Assembly (NCBI GenBank): GCA_900318195.1 | Contig: ONJR01000162.1 | Coordinates: 35,051 to 99,050 of the forward strand | Direction: 5' to 3' | DNA length: 64,000 bases | Source: an uncultured Planctomycetota bacterium | GTDB taxonomy: Bacteria; Planctomycetota; Planctomycetia; Pirellulales; Thermoguttaceae | In this document: piece by piece, positions 1 to 10,108 of the stretch | How positions within the stretch are numbered: the stretch's first letter is position 1 | How the letters are laid out: each line of letters begins with the position of its first letter | Position numbers and translations under genes: made by a program | Notes under the pieces: model-generated | What the model was told of the DNA's origin: nothing | Database searches by the model: none | The model's input: the letters and a program-made list of their open reading frames with translations, nothing else

Positions 1-2
1 AA

Positions 3-1052
3 GGCGGCAAGCATTTTGTCAATCCGACGATCCTTCATTTTGTCAAAGAGTATGGTCTGATCCTTTTTGTATACGCAATTGGTATGCAGGTCGGTTCGAC
101 TTTTTTTTCAGCTTTCAAAAAGGGCGGTCTTAAACTCAACGTGTTAGCTCTCATTTTGATTTTGTCCGGAGTTGGAGCAACAATGGCGATTCATCGGCTA
201 GCCGGTATTTCGACGCCTGTTGTCGTCGGTATCCTGTGCGGCGCAGTTACGAACACGCCTAGTCTCGGCGCGGCTCAAACGGTGTTCAGCGCATTTGGCG
301 GAAACGAGGTCATCCTGTCAAACGCTTATGCTACGGCTTATCCTCTTGGCGTTCTCGGTTCAATCTTCGTTTTCCTGGCGCTACGCTTGATCTTTCGAAT
401 CGATCTTTCCCATGAGCGCAAACTCGCAGAAACCGCGCGGGAAGCCGAGGAGGAAGCGGCTGAAGTTCACACAAATGAACCGCGAGGACCGCAACAACGC
501 GTCAATGCGTCAAGCGTTACCAAGGTGTTTATCGGAATTATGCTGGGCGTATTAGTCGGTAGTATTCCGATACACATTCCTGGAATCGAGCAGCCTCTGA
601 AACTAGGTCTTGCCGGAGGACCGCTGGTCGTTTCAATCCTTATGGGCGCGCTCGCCACGCGTCTGCGCCTTCATTTCGTCCTACCTCCCAACTCTCTCCT
701 CTCGATGCGCGAGATAGGTATTTGCCTTTTCCTTGCCGCAGTCGGACTTGGCGCCGGACCTACTTTTTACGATACGGTCAAGAACGGCGGACTCGTTTGG
801 GTTGGTTATGGCGCAATCATAACGATCGTGCCGATGGCAATTGTCGGTCTTCTCGGTCTTACGCTTTTTAAAGTGGACTACTTCACGCTTACCGGTCTTC
901 TTTCAGGCGCGACTACAGATCCTCCGGCTCTCTCCTACTCAGTCGACGTAGCTGGCAATAACAGTCCGCTTGTCGGTTATGCGACAGTTTATCCAATGTC
1001 TATGTTCTTGCGCATTATTACGGCGCAACTACTCATCGTCTTTATGACGTGA
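3..1052 (+). CDS. YidE/YbjL/AspT-family permease (two Asp-Al_Ex-type membrane repeats); 5' end lies outside the window
   Basis: The frame is open from base 3 (GGKHFVNPTILHFVKEYGLILFVYAIGMQVG...), so the listed Met at 84 is internal. LFVYxIGxQVG and GAVTNTPSLGAAQ motifs are typical of this family. Two hydrophobic halves are joined by a short acidic linker. Confidence 0.7.
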   Translation, partial: GGKHFVNPTILHFVKEYGLILFVYAIGMQVGSTFFSAFKKGGLKLNVLALILILSGVGATMAIHRLAGISTPVVVGILCGAVTNTPSLGAAQTVFSAFGGNEVILSNAYATAYPLGVLGSIFVFLALRLIFRIDLSHERKLAETAREAEEEAAEVHTNEPRGPQQRVNASSVTKVFIGIMLGVLVGSIPIHIPGIEQPLKLGLAGGPLVVSILMGALATRLRLHFVLPPNSLLSMREIGICLFLAAVGLGAGPTFYDTVKNGGLVWVGYGAIITIVPMAIVGLLGLTLFKVDYFTLTGLLSGATTDPPALSYSVDVAGNNSPLVGYATVYPMSMFLRIITAQLLIVFMT

Positions 1053-1090
1053 TCCCGGCTTGAAGACGGTTGCCGCATATTAGAATTGCC

Positions 1091-1138
1091 AAAAGCCGCA
1101 ACGCTCGCCTCGTGCTCGCGCGTTGCGGCTTATTTCTT
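1091..1138. terminator. Hairpin terminator between convergent genes
   Basis: There is an 11-bp perfect stem AAGCCGCAACG (1093-1103) / CGTTGCGGCTT (1121-1131). An A-run lies upstream and TATTTCTT downstream. It sits between the stops at 1052 (+) and 1148 (-). Confidence 0.6.
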
Positions 1139-1147
1139 GACGGACTC

Positions 1148-2041
1148 TTACCCTCGTACTGGCGACTGTGCGTAGAATTCAATGAGAACTGGTTCTTCAT
1201 TATCAACACAACTACGTTTAACCTCAATTCTTACGCCGTAGGTTTGCAAATTCGAAATCTTAAAGGTTGAATCAACGCCGCCAATCTGTTCATATTCGAA
1301 GATCGGAGGATCTTTCATTGGTGGACAGAAAGCAATATTGAGCACGGCAAAAGAAGAGTTCGGTTCAAATTCAACGAGCGCGGTTCCAACGATACGTTCG
1401 AATTCGCTTGACCGTGTGCGTTCAAAAGAAAGAATCCTTGTCTCATCTTGCTCATCGTCCCTTGAAGATGTTAAATCCAGGCTCTCAGAGGTTGGCGTCA
1501 ACTCACAAATATCACTCGTACTGATAAGTGGAGTCTTGCAAGGTTGACACGCAAGTTCTGTCATACGCCTGAGCTCGCGTATGACCGTTTCGGCATAACG
1601 TTCAGACGCCAGTGAAAACGCAAGGTCAAGAAGTAAAGCGGAAATAAACGCATAACAAGCGATCGCCCAATCGCCATAATATGTCAGTAAACAGGCAAAA
1701 ATAAGATTAGCAACAATGAAAGGACGACTGACACGATTACGACCGTCAGAGAGAACTTCAACGTCAAGCCAGTAAGGATATTCAAGCCACGTTGCGCAGG
1801 AAGTTACAATAAAATGAGCAACGCCGGCAACCAAAAGCGTTAAAACGTAGAGCGGTACTACGTCTAATTCCACCTGAAAAATAACGCTCACGACAACAAT
1901 AATCGCAATTCCAATCCATGAAACGCAACGTAAAAACTCGCTCACGCAACACACAGCAAATCCCAGTGTTCGCACACGCGCAGTCACACGGTTATCTCCA
2001 AATGATAAGTCAACTTCACGGCGTTTCATTTCAACATACAT
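1148..2041 (-). CDS. Hypothetical membrane protein (about 4 TM helices plus a soluble C-terminal domain)
   Basis: 297-aa ORF with hydrophobic segments (IGIAIIVVVSVIF, LYVLTLLVAGVAHFIV, IVANLIFACLLTYY, IACYAFISALLLDLAF). I recognise no family motif. Confidence 0.5.
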   Translation of the reverse strand: MYVEMKRREVDLSFGDNRVTARVRTLGFAVCCVSEFLRCVSWIGIAIIVVVSVIFQVELDVVPLYVLTLLVAGVAHFIVTSCATWLEYPYWLDVEVLSDGRNRVSRPFIVANLIFACLLTYYGDWAIACYAFISALLLDLAFSLASERYAETVIRELRRMTELACQPCKTPLISTSDICELTPTSESLDLTSSRDDEQDETRILSFERTRSSEFERIVGTALVEFEPNSSFAVLNIAFCPPMKDPPIFEYEQIGGVDSTFKISNLQTYGVRIEVKRSCVDNEEPVLIEFYAQSPVRG

Positions 2042-2078
2042 CGATTAGCAAAAATAGGCAATTTACAAAATTTGGTTT

Positions 2079-2109
2079 AAAAAGCCCGAGCGCTACTGGA
2101 ACGCCCGGG
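2079..2109 (-). terminator. Intrinsic terminator after rseP
   Basis: On the minus strand CCCGGGCG / CGCTCGGG form an 8-bp stem with one G-U pair (plus coordinates 2085-2092 / 2102-2109). The stem is followed by CTTTTT. Confidence 0.5.
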
Positions 2110-2132
2110 TTCGTTCCTTATCTTATGCGCGT

Positions 2133-4460
2133 TTAGAAGCAGTATCGCCAGACGTCTAACGCTATGACCCAAAACATCAAGGCGAGGATCAATGCCAGCC
2201 CAATATAGCTGAGTATAATCTGCACTTTTTCATTCGGTTTACGACGTGTAATCATCTCATACAATAAGAAGACCATATGTCCGCCGTCAAGAACTGGAAT
2301 CGGCAAGAAATTAACTACTGCAAGATTCGCGCTAATAAGGCACAAAAATAGCAGAAAGACCCCGTCAGGTCGACCGGCAGCTTGGTACGCAGTTCCAACG
2401 ATCATACCTGGTCCGCCAAGCGCCTTAGCGGATACGTTTTTACCAACATTTTTCAGGAAAATAAAGACCTGAGACGCGGCGTCTATCGTCTTCTCAACGC
2501 CAAACGAAAAGGCTTCGCAGAAACTGTCGGCACGCTGATGAACTACGTCGACGCCAAAGACGAAACCGCGACCGGCTAAGTACGCGTTTTGATCGCGTTT
2601 AACTTTTGTCGATATCGTGGCAGTCTCGCCATTAGGAGTAAGCGCTTTAATTTCGACCTGGACGCCATTCGGGAGATACTGTAATACATTGGCGAACCAA
2701 TTAAGAACCTTCGTCGCACGGTCAAGATCGCTTTCACCCGCGCCAACGGCACAGACCGCCGGTGTGAGGACGTCTAAAGCGCCCTCGGAGACTTTGAGTC
2801 CAGTGAGTGTTTTAAACGTCGTCTTGAGCGTTTCAGGCGCGTCTTCTCCAGGATTGCGCAAATAAGCGGTGATCTGCGTAATCTTGCCGCCTAGAGGGCT
2901 CTTGTCGATCACGACCGTACCGTCAACCCCTGCAATGACAGGTTCGACTTCATACGCAAATCCTAGTGTGTCGCAGGCAAGCCGACCGCGATTGGAAGCG
3001 CGATCTTCAAAAGGCGCAACCTCTGGAAGCGTAATTGCAAAATCCTTACGATCACCATCGCGCGCAACGGTCAGGGTAATCGAGCGCTGGGGAGCGGGAC
3101 TTAGCGCATCCTGAGAATCGCCTTTGATTGTATCGCGCCCAGAAAGGTCGAAGATCATATACGGAAAGGCAAGCGGATCGAGTATCGGCTGATTATTAAC
3201 TTCAAGGACGACGTCGCCCCGTTGCGTTACTTCCCCCGCTTCATTCGTTTCTCTTGCGCGCAAACCGACTTTTTCGGCAATTGAACCAGTGCGAATCGCG
3301 ACGATTTCCCCCATGCCAAGTCGTACGCCAACGTCGGCAATGCGAGACGGTTCAAGCGTTACAGAAATTGCGGGCTTGCCCTCGTCGAGAAAGCGTTCGC
3401 CGCCGCGACCTTGAATAGTCGGTGCAAAAACGTAAGTTATCGGCTGATCAATAAACCGTTTTGCAAGTCTAAAGTAGTCTGCCGACGTTGCGACGTCGAC
3501 GCCGTTCATACTAACGAGCCTTTCACCACCTTTAAGCTCGCCCAGCTTCTCCTCGAGCGCAACTTCGTCCTCGCGCGATAGAAGCGCCTCATACGGTCTG
3601 TGATCAGGCGTTTCACCGAGCTCAAGTGAAACGCTAGGACCGACGCCAATCATTGGCGTTAGCGCGCCATTCTCGATTATCGGCGTTACCTTAACCTCGC
3701 GCGGCGCCGAATCGCCTGGACGCGATACCTGGAGCGTTAGTTCCTTGCCGTCCATACACGAGACAAGAATTGACGAAAAGATCGGCTTCACATTGTCGTT
3801 AATCGCAACGATCTCATCGCCCGCTTGCAACCCCGCGCGCCATGCGGGCGATCCTGGAGCAACATAACCGATTTTTGCAGACGTCTCAGGCGTGCCTATT
3901 ACAGAAGCTAGACTAGCGCAGACGATAGCAAAAATAACGTTCATAATAACGCCGGCCGAAATTATCGCCATACGCTGGAAGACATTCTTGGCAAGATAGC
4001 TGTCTGGCGCGTAAAGTTGGCTTTCGAGCTCTTTAATTTTAGCCTCTTGTTGTTGGCGCTCTTCCTCAGATAGCGGCTCGGTATTTTCTTCCTGCGCTAA
4101 TTTAGCACGATCAATCTCCGCTTGAATTCCGCCAGGATTATCCTCCTGACCAAACATCTTGACGTATCCTCCAAGAGGAAGCCACCCCAGTCCGTACTCG
4201 GTGTCGCCGCGTTTGAAACTGAAAAGTTTAAACCCGTACGCGTCGAACCAAATGTAGAACTTGTCGCATCGCACGCCGCACATACGCGCGACTATGAAGT
4301 GTCCAAATTCGTGCACAATCACGAGCATATTAACGCCAAGCACGACGATAACGACGCGCCATATAACCGCTAAAACGTTAGACCAAGCTGAAGCGTTCTC
4401 CGCAACGCCAAGCAATGCCGCTAGCGCGCTATCCATTTTTCTATCTCCTTTCGAGCCCAC
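2133..4460 (-). CDS. rseP: Site-2 zinc metalloprotease RseP (M50 family), long multi-PDZ form
   Basis: HEFGHFIVA (HExxH) lies near the N-terminus and NFLPIPVLDGGHM near the C-terminus. A long PDZ-like middle separates them. The gene sits directly downstream of dxr, which is the classical dxr-rseP synteny. An alternative start exists at 4436. Confidence 0.9.
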   Translation of the reverse strand: MGSKGDRKMDSALAALLGVAENASAWSNVLAVIWRVVIVVLGVNMLVIVHEFGHFIVARMCGVRCDKFYIWFDAYGFKLFSFKRGDTEYGLGWLPLGGYVKMFGQEDNPGGIQAEIDRAKLAQEENTEPLSEEERQQQEAKIKELESQLYAPDSYLAKNVFQRMAIISAGVIMNVIFAIVCASLASVIGTPETSAKIGYVAPGSPAWRAGLQAGDEIVAINDNVKPIFSSILVSCMDGKELTLQVSRPGDSAPREVKVTPIIENGALTPMIGVGPSVSLELGETPDHRPYEALLSREDEVALEEKLGELKGGERLVSMNGVDVATSADYFRLAKRFIDQPITYVFAPTIQGRGGERFLDEGKPAISVTLEPSRIADVGVRLGMGEIVAIRTGSIAEKVGLRARETNEAGEVTQRGDVVLEVNNQPILDPLAFPYMIFDLSGRDTIKGDSQDALSPAPQRSITLTVARDGDRKDFAITLPEVAPFEDRASNRGRLACDTLGFAYEVEPVIAGVDGTVVIDKSPLGGKITQITAYLRNPGEDAPETLKTTFKTLTGLKVSEGALDVLTPAVCAVGAGESDLDRATKVLNWFANVLQYLPNGVQVEIKALTPNGETATISTKVKRDQNAYLAGRGFVFGVDVVHQRADSFCEAFSFGVEKTIDAASQVFIFLKNVGKNVSAKALGGPGMIVGTAYQAAGRPDGVFLLFLCLISANLAVVNFLPIPVLDGGHMVFLLYEMITRRKPNEKVQIILSYIGLALILALMFWVIALDVWRYCF

Positions 4461-5659
4461 GCGTCCACTTCGTACACGCGCTCAAGCGTCGGGTTCGGTT
4501 CATAATCATGCAGATCCAGAATTCTGCGGCAAAGCGTAAAAATCTGGTCAAAGTTTATTTTGCCACACATAAAGGCGTCGACGGCAGACTCGTTTGCAGC
4601 GTTGAGAACAGCGCCTGTCGTTCCACCATTTTTAGCGACTTCAAAGCCGAGAGTAAGCGCGGGAAAACGCTCAAAATCAGGGGGAGCAAAATTCATTGTC
4701 ATCGCGCGTCGCCAATTAAACTTTCGCGTCGGACAAATCTCGCGTTCGGCTCCGTACAATGCAAACTGAATTGGCAGTCTCATATCTGGCGGACTAAGTT
4801 GCGCGATTACGGCGCCGTCAATGAACTCTACCATTGAATGTACAAGCGACTCGGGATGGATCACGACCTGAATCTTTTCCGGCGACATATCGAATAACCA
4901 CCGCGCTTCGATTATCTCAAGCGCTTTGTTCATCATAGAAGCAGAATCGATCGTAATTTTCGCGCCCATATTCCAGGTCGGATGACGCAACGCGTCTTCA
5001 ACGGTCGCGCTCTTAATACGGTCAAGCGACCACTCGCGGAACGGTCCTCCGCTTGCGGTGAGAATTATGCGTTCAACGTCGCCAGACGATATTCTTGTCG
5101 ATTTCGTCGAGCAACGTCGCGAGAGGAGACATTGGTAAATTGCGCTATGCTCGCTATCGACAGGATATAGCGCGCCGCCATACTCGTCAAGCGCACGCAT
5201 TACAAGCGAGCCGCCGGCAACCAGAGCTTCCTTGTTTGCAAGCGCTACTCTTTTACCGCATTCAAGCGCTCGCAAGGTCGTTGGCAATCCCGCGACGCCA
5301 ACGACCGCGTTTAATACAACGTCTATTCCAGGTCGCGAGACCACCTCGTTTAACGCGTCTTCCCCAAAAAGAACCTCTGTCCCGCACGGCACGTCACGCA
5401 ACGGCGAGCGATCAACGTCAGAATCGACGACAACGAGCACGTCAGGTCGAAACCGCCGCGACAATTCAACCGCTTTCGCAATCGAGCTCTTGACAGCCAA
5501 GACGCTCGCGCGCAACTTACCGCGCGACTCAGCAATAACGTCAAGCGCGCTTGTACCAATACTTCCAGTCGCGCCGATCACGGCTATTTGACGCTGTTCG
5601 CGAGTCGAGCTCGCGCTAAGTCCACTACAATCGTACAAAACCAATCTTTCACTTATCAC
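4421..5659 (-). CDS. dxr: 1-deoxy-D-xylulose 5-phosphate reductoisomerase
   Basis: IAVIGATGSIGTSALDV NADPH-binding motif, LANKEALV, and DSEHSAIYQC. Length is 412 aa. The stop overlaps the longest rseP ORF by 40 nt. Confidence 0.92.
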   Translation of the reverse strand: MISERLVLYDCSGLSASSTREQRQIAVIGATGSIGTSALDVIAESRGKLRASVLAVKSSIAKAVELSRRFRPDVLVVVDSDVDRSPLRDVPCGTEVLFGEDALNEVVSRPGIDVVLNAVVGVAGLPTTLRALECGKRVALANKEALVAGGSLVMRALDEYGGALYPVDSEHSAIYQCLLSRRCSTKSTRISSGDVERIILTASGGPFREWSLDRIKSATVEDALRHPTWNMGAKITIDSASMMNKALEIIEARWLFDMSPEKIQVVIHPESLVHSMVEFIDGAVIAQLSPPDMRLPIQFALYGAEREICPTRKFNWRRAMTMNFAPPDFERFPALTLGFEVAKNGGTTGAVLNAANESAVDAFMCGKINFDQIFTLCRRILDLHDYEPNPTLERVYEVDAWARKEIEKWIAR

Positions 5660-5800
5660 ACACTGCGCGCGCTAAGCGCGGCGTCGCCTAGTTAAACTAC
5701 GTCGCGCAACGACTAGTAAGCGCGACCAGTCCTCTCTTTATAGACGAAAGCATAAAAAAATCAATGGGCTCGCGCCGTAAAAGACAAATAATCATGAAAA

Positions 5801-7159
5801 TCAGTATGCACGACTATTCGCCGTCATTTCCGCTATCGTTTCCGCAATGATTCGCAGACCTCGCTCGACCACCAACTCACTCGAGGAAAAGCTGACGCGA
5901 AGCGTTTGCTCGCGTGAACGCTCAAATTCAGGATCGCGATTCTCAACTTCCATGTCGCTGAGTCCATAAAAAAAGCCTGAACCTGGAATCGCAAGAACTC
6001 CCTTCTCCTTAAGACGACGATAGAGAGCCTTCGACCCGCACTTTAATTCGGGCGTCCATAACCATAAAAAGAAAGCGCCTTCGCTTTTATGCAATCTTAC
6101 GTCGACGCCAACGCGCGCAAACTCGCGCCGAACGATTTCAATCGCGTCAGTCCGACGCTTACGGTAATAAGGCAACACAACCTCGCGCGAGAGCGACAAA
6201 ATCTCGCCGCTCTGCACGAGTGGAAACGCAAGGCGCTGACCGAGTGAATTATTGGCGAGACCTAGAATGGCCGTCATAGCAGAAACGCGCTCGACGATTT
6301 CCTCGGGCGCGATCATCATTGCGGTGCGCAGACTCGGCAGACCTATTTTCGATAGGCTGTAAAACAGAATGGCGCGCGGGGTCCAAAAGACAGAATCAAG
6401 TTCCGTTTTATCTTCGAGTATACCTGGGAAAGGACCTCCATACGCGTTGTCAACAATTAAAAGCGCGTCATATTTCTCAGCCAATGCGTCTAGTTTCACA
6501 AGTTCGGCACGCGTTATAAGATTGCCGCTCGGATTCGTGGGACGACTCAATAAAATGGCGGCGACGTCTTCCTTGCGCAACACCGCCTCGACTGAGTTGA
6601 AATCAACAGCGTATTTGAAGACGCTTCTATCGTCTGGATTTGGATAGGTGATTTTACCCGGCACGCCAATGAAAAGTCCGGGTTCTACGCCCATATCGGC
6701 ATACCCGACATATTCAGGAACGAGTGGAACCAGTATTTTTCGAGCGCGTCCATCTTTGGTTTGACCAGCAAGGAGGTTGAAGAGCGAGAACGCGCCGAGT
6801 TGAGCTCCACTCGTTACGGCTACGTTAGCGCGCGAAATAGGAAGATTGAATTGTTCACGAAACATAGCGGCAAAGGCGTCGAGAAAGCGCGTCTCGCCTT
6901 GCGGCGCGTCGTAATGCGCAAGCGCTTTATCAAACTCGTCGCCGTCCTTCATGAGACGTTCTGCGCTCTTACGCCAGATTGTTTGCATCTCGGGAATTTC
7001 AGCCGGATTACCTCCGCCCAATGTTAGCATATCAGGGCGTAATGCGACGGTCTCGCCCAAGTCGTTCATTAGCTCGAGAATCCCGCTCTCCTGCGACAGC
7101 TTAGCGCCAATCGCCGACACAATGTAATTGCGCACCAAATTACTCTTCTTTCTAACCAA
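5801..7159 (-). CDS. Class I/II PLP aminotransferase, valine--pyruvate (AvtA)-like
   Basis: The N-terminus SAIGAKLSQESGILELMNDLGE and LTLGGGNPAEIPEM resemble AvtA. YSLSKIGLPSLR is the PLP-lysine motif. The start is uncertain (TTG at 7159). Confidence 0.7.
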   Translation of the reverse strand: MVRKKSNLVRNYIVSAIGAKLSQESGILELMNDLGETVALRPDMLTLGGGNPAEIPEMQTIWRKSAERLMKDGDEFDKALAHYDAPQGETRFLDAFAAMFREQFNLPISRANVAVTSGAQLGAFSLFNLLAGQTKDGRARKILVPLVPEYVGYADMGVEPGLFIGVPGKITYPNPDDRSVFKYAVDFNSVEAVLRKEDVAAILLSRPTNPSGNLITRAELVKLDALAEKYDALLIVDNAYGGPFPGILEDKTELDSVFWTPRAILFYSLSKIGLPSLRTAMMIAPEEIVERVSAMTAILGLANNSLGQRLAFPLVQSGEILSLSREVVLPYYRKRRTDAIEIVRREFARVGVDVRLHKSEGAFFLWLWTPELKCGSKALYRRLKEKGVLAIPGSGFFYGLSDMEVENRDPEFERSREQTLRVSFSSSELVVERGLRIIAETIAEMTANSRAY

Positions 7160-7204
7160 CAGTAGTAAGGGACACTGAAGTCGACTAGTCCAACGTCGAC
7201 AGAA

Positions 7205-8326
7205 TCATTCAATCCATTTTGACCGTATGAGACGCAACGCGCTCGTTCTTCCCCAGCTTGCAACCTCGTCGTCGTCAAAAAATCGCGTTTCACCCAGCGC
7301 GCTAGAAGGTTCGTAAACCGTGAAAATTCGATTGAACCGATCAAAACCACGACTCATAAAGTCGCTCGGTTCTGTTGAATGATCAAGTCCGAAGGCATGC
7401 CCAAGCTCATGAAGACCGGCGCCAAGGGTCGAGGAAACAAGCGACCATTTCGTTAATCGGAAGGCTGAGTCGCGCGCGTATTCCTCAGAGACGCGGGAGG
7501 CGTCAAGAAGAAACTCTTCAACCTGATCAAGGCGTTCGGGCCAAGAGACTACGCGGCTAGCGTCAAGCATAGCGACTTCGTTAGTTCCTAGGGCAATTCG
7601 AGTTTCGTCTGAGTCGAAAGACGCGTTACCACCGGCGCCCAGCGAAACGAGAATGAAATAGCAAGCGTTCCGATCGCCGAGTTCACTTTCGCGCGTTTCG
7701 CGATAGATCGCGTTAAAACGCTCAGTTGGAGAAAGCGAGATATATTCGTCCGCGCGCTTACGACCACGCAACTTCCAAACAAGCGCTTCCCCGTTATCGT
7801 TTGTCTCTAAACGAAAGGAACGTCGACCATATCCGCCAGCATAGAGTCGCTCGCCCGTCGCCGTCTGCCACAACCTTGCCGCAACGCGTAATTTGAGCTC
7901 GACGTCTCCCCCATGCGAATGATCGTCGTTCTCCGTTTCGTCCGCGCCGCGAAACCATACGACGCGAACGAAATGAGGATTGGAACTCGCACGATAAATC
8001 AGTGTAAACGGTCGAACGTTCGCGCCGGCTGCAAGAATAAGATCGTTACGACCAGGACGCAGTTCAATTAGAGTTTTAAAGCGACCGCGCAATATTGGCG
8101 CGCGAGCAATGCGAGTCTCTGCGTTGGACGACAGATTCTCGATCACAACGACGCCCTGTTCAATTTCCGAAACGCGCCCTTGAACGAGCGCAATCGGATA
8201 ATGAAGGATTTCGCTGTCGTCATAGTTCTCAACCATAATCGAGGACGCAAACGCGTTCGTGATGGTTGAGAAACTAAACACTATTAACGTTATTACAACG
8301 CGCGTAGCGACTCGAGACATCTGCAT
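7205..8326 (-). CDS. Secreted zinc metalloprotease (metzincin-type HExxHxxGxxH)
   Basis: HELGHAFGLDHS motif followed by SDFMSRG (a possible Met-turn). N-terminal signal peptide VITLIVFSFSTITNAFA. The listed ORF begins at TTG 8335, and ATG codons at 8326 and 8320 are more likely starts. Confidence 0.65.
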   Translation of the reverse strand: MQMSRVATRVVITLIVFSFSTITNAFASSIMVENYDDSEILHYPIALVQGRVSEIEQGVVVIENLSSNAETRIARAPILRGRFKTLIELRPGRNDLILAAGANVRPFTLIYRASSNPHFVRVVWFRGADETENDDHSHGGDVELKLRVAARLWQTATGERLYAGGYGRRSFRLETNDNGEALVWKLRGRKRADEYISLSPTERFNAIYRETRESELGDRNACYFILVSLGAGGNASFDSDETRIALGTNEVAMLDASRVVSWPERLDQVEEFLLDASRVSEEYARDSAFRLTKWSLVSSTLGAGLHELGHAFGLDHSTEPSDFMSRGFDRFNRIFTVYEPSSALGETRFFDDDEVASWGRTSALRLIRSKWIE

Positions 8327-8331
8327 TTCAA

Positions 8332-9858
8332 TCAACGCTTCTTCGCAGATTTTCTCAACTTTCGATTCGTAAAGCGCGAAGCGCTCTGCGTCGATTCCGG
8401 CTTATAGTCTCTACTGCGCTTGATTCCACGATACGTGCACCATGACACGAATACGACGCCAAGCGCTCCTGCAATTAGGTACGAAAGATTCAGATCAAGT
8501 CCCAAACCAGTCGGACCGCCGTGAGCTTCCGACGTCCAGAGAATGAAGCTCAAAACAATAAACGCATAAAACAAACACGGTATCGTAGAAATCCAACCGG
8601 CTTTCTTGCGAGAATAAAGCCAAACAATTCCAGAGCCAAGCGTAAAGACCGCAAGAGTCTGATTTCCCCAAGCGAAATAGCGCCAGAGTTTAGCAAACGA
8701 TTGCTTATCGGCATTGGACCACCACAATAGCGCAACAACGCACGCAATAAGCGGCAGGCAAAGAATAAGGCGATTGCGGAACGGCTTCTGGTCAAAATGC
8801 AAGATTTCGGCAAGACTCAAGCGCATACTACGCATCGCCGTATCGCCCGAAGTGATCGCCAGCACAACGACGGCAATAACCGTAACCGTTCCAAGTCCCG
8901 TACCCAAGAAATTCGACGTTATCTTGGACAGAACGCCGACCTCGTTTTCAGACCAATACTCCGGAAACAGGTTATAAACTGCAAGCGCAGCGGCCGCCCA
9001 AACCATCGCTATAACGCCTTCGACAACCATCATCCCGTAAAAAGAGGAACGCGCTTCACGCTCGGTCTTCATCGTTCTCGCAATAATCGGAGATTGAGTC
9101 GCGTGAAATCCGGAAAGGATTCCACAGGCAATTGTAACGAAGAGACATGGCAGTATGGGATTCGTTTCAAGGTACTTCTCTTTATTGTCAAAGAAGGCTC
9201 GAGACTCCTCAAGAATGCCGGGACTCTCGATTCCATTTCGCAAGAGCGAAATAAGAAGAGCGCCGCTACCGAGAAGCAATAGCAACCCGAAGATCGGGTA
9301 AAAACGACCGATAATCTTGTCGACTGGAAACATCGTCGCCGCGATGTAGTATAGGAAAATCAAGCCGACAGAGCCCCAGAAATACGGCTTGTGCGGCGTA
9401 AATTGCAAGGAAATCAAATTCGCAGGAACGTTGATAAAAACCGCAACTACCAAAAGGAGCAGAAAGATCATGAAAATGGAAAAGAAGTAATACGATCCTT
9501 CGCCAAGATTCGATCGAATGAACGTAGGAAGGTTTGCCCCCTTATTACGCATCGAAGCCATTCCCGAGATGAAGTCGTGAGTGGCGCCGCCGATGATGTT
9601 GCCGATAGGAATCAGAAGAAAAACGATCGTTCCAAATTTGATACCAGCAATTACGCCAATTACCGGACCCACACCCGCGATATTCAAGAGCTGGATCAGC
9701 ATATTCTTCCAATGGGGAAGCGTCACGAAATCGACGCCGTCCCGATATTTAACAGCGGGGGTCTCACGATCGTCAGGACCAAGGACCTTCTCAACGAAGC
9801 GTCCGTACGTGAAGTACCCCACTACCAGCAAAATCAAACCCAAAATAAACAAGGTCAT
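8332..9858 (-). CDS. cstA: Carbon starvation protein A family transporter
   Basis: N-terminus MTLFILGLILLVVGYFTYGRFVEKVLG and LLNIAGVGPVIGVIAGIKFG, on a polytopic membrane protein. I chose ATG at 9858 over the upstream TTG at 9882. Confidence 0.8.
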   Translation of the reverse strand: MTLFILGLILLVVGYFTYGRFVEKVLGPDDRETPAVKYRDGVDFVTLPHWKNMLIQLLNIAGVGPVIGVIAGIKFGTIVFLLIPIGNIIGGATHDFISGMASMRNKGANLPTFIRSNLGEGSYYFFSIFMIFLLLLVVAVFINVPANLISLQFTPHKPYFWGSVGLIFLYYIAATMFPVDKIIGRFYPIFGLLLLLGSGALLISLLRNGIESPGILEESRAFFDNKEKYLETNPILPCLFVTIACGILSGFHATQSPIIARTMKTEREARSSFYGMMVVEGVIAMVWAAAALAVYNLFPEYWSENEVGVLSKITSNFLGTGLGTVTVIAVVVLAITSGDTAMRSMRLSLAEILHFDQKPFRNRLILCLPLIACVVALLWWSNADKQSFAKLWRYFAWGNQTLAVFTLGSGIVWLYSRKKAGWISTIPCLFYAFIVLSFILWTSEAHGGPTGLGLDLNLSYLIAGALGVVFVSWCTYRGIKRSRDYKPESTQSASRFTNRKLRKSAKKR

Positions 9859-10002
9859 AATTAACCCCCGCGTTGCAACCAAACAGTCGAACAGGAACGC
9901 AAAAACACAGTTCTAGTATTGTAACGAACCTCAGAAAAAAAACAAGTGAACTAGACAAATAGTCAAGGATCAGTTGAGAACAAGATTATTGTCAAGAAGA
10001 GG

Positions 10003-10031
10003 TTGAATAAGACCTCAGTTAAGGGTATACT
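10003..10031 (+). promoter_or_regulatory. Sigma70-like promoter TTGAAT-17-TATACT
   Basis: TTGAAT at 10003-10008 and TATACT at 10026-10031, about 80 nt upstream of the ATG at 10109. Confidence 0.4.
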
Positions 10032-10108
10032 ACAAGACGCGCGCATTTTCCGAGAGATTGAATGCGCAACGAGTCAAGTCCAATACTTCAAGTCTAGAAG
10101 GAGTCTCT

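Noticed and set aside
4415-5591. Plus-strand ORFs of 120-140 aa antisense to dxr
   Set aside because: The Dxr frame has unambiguous family motifs. The antisense translations are Arg/Ser/Ala-rich with no signatures.
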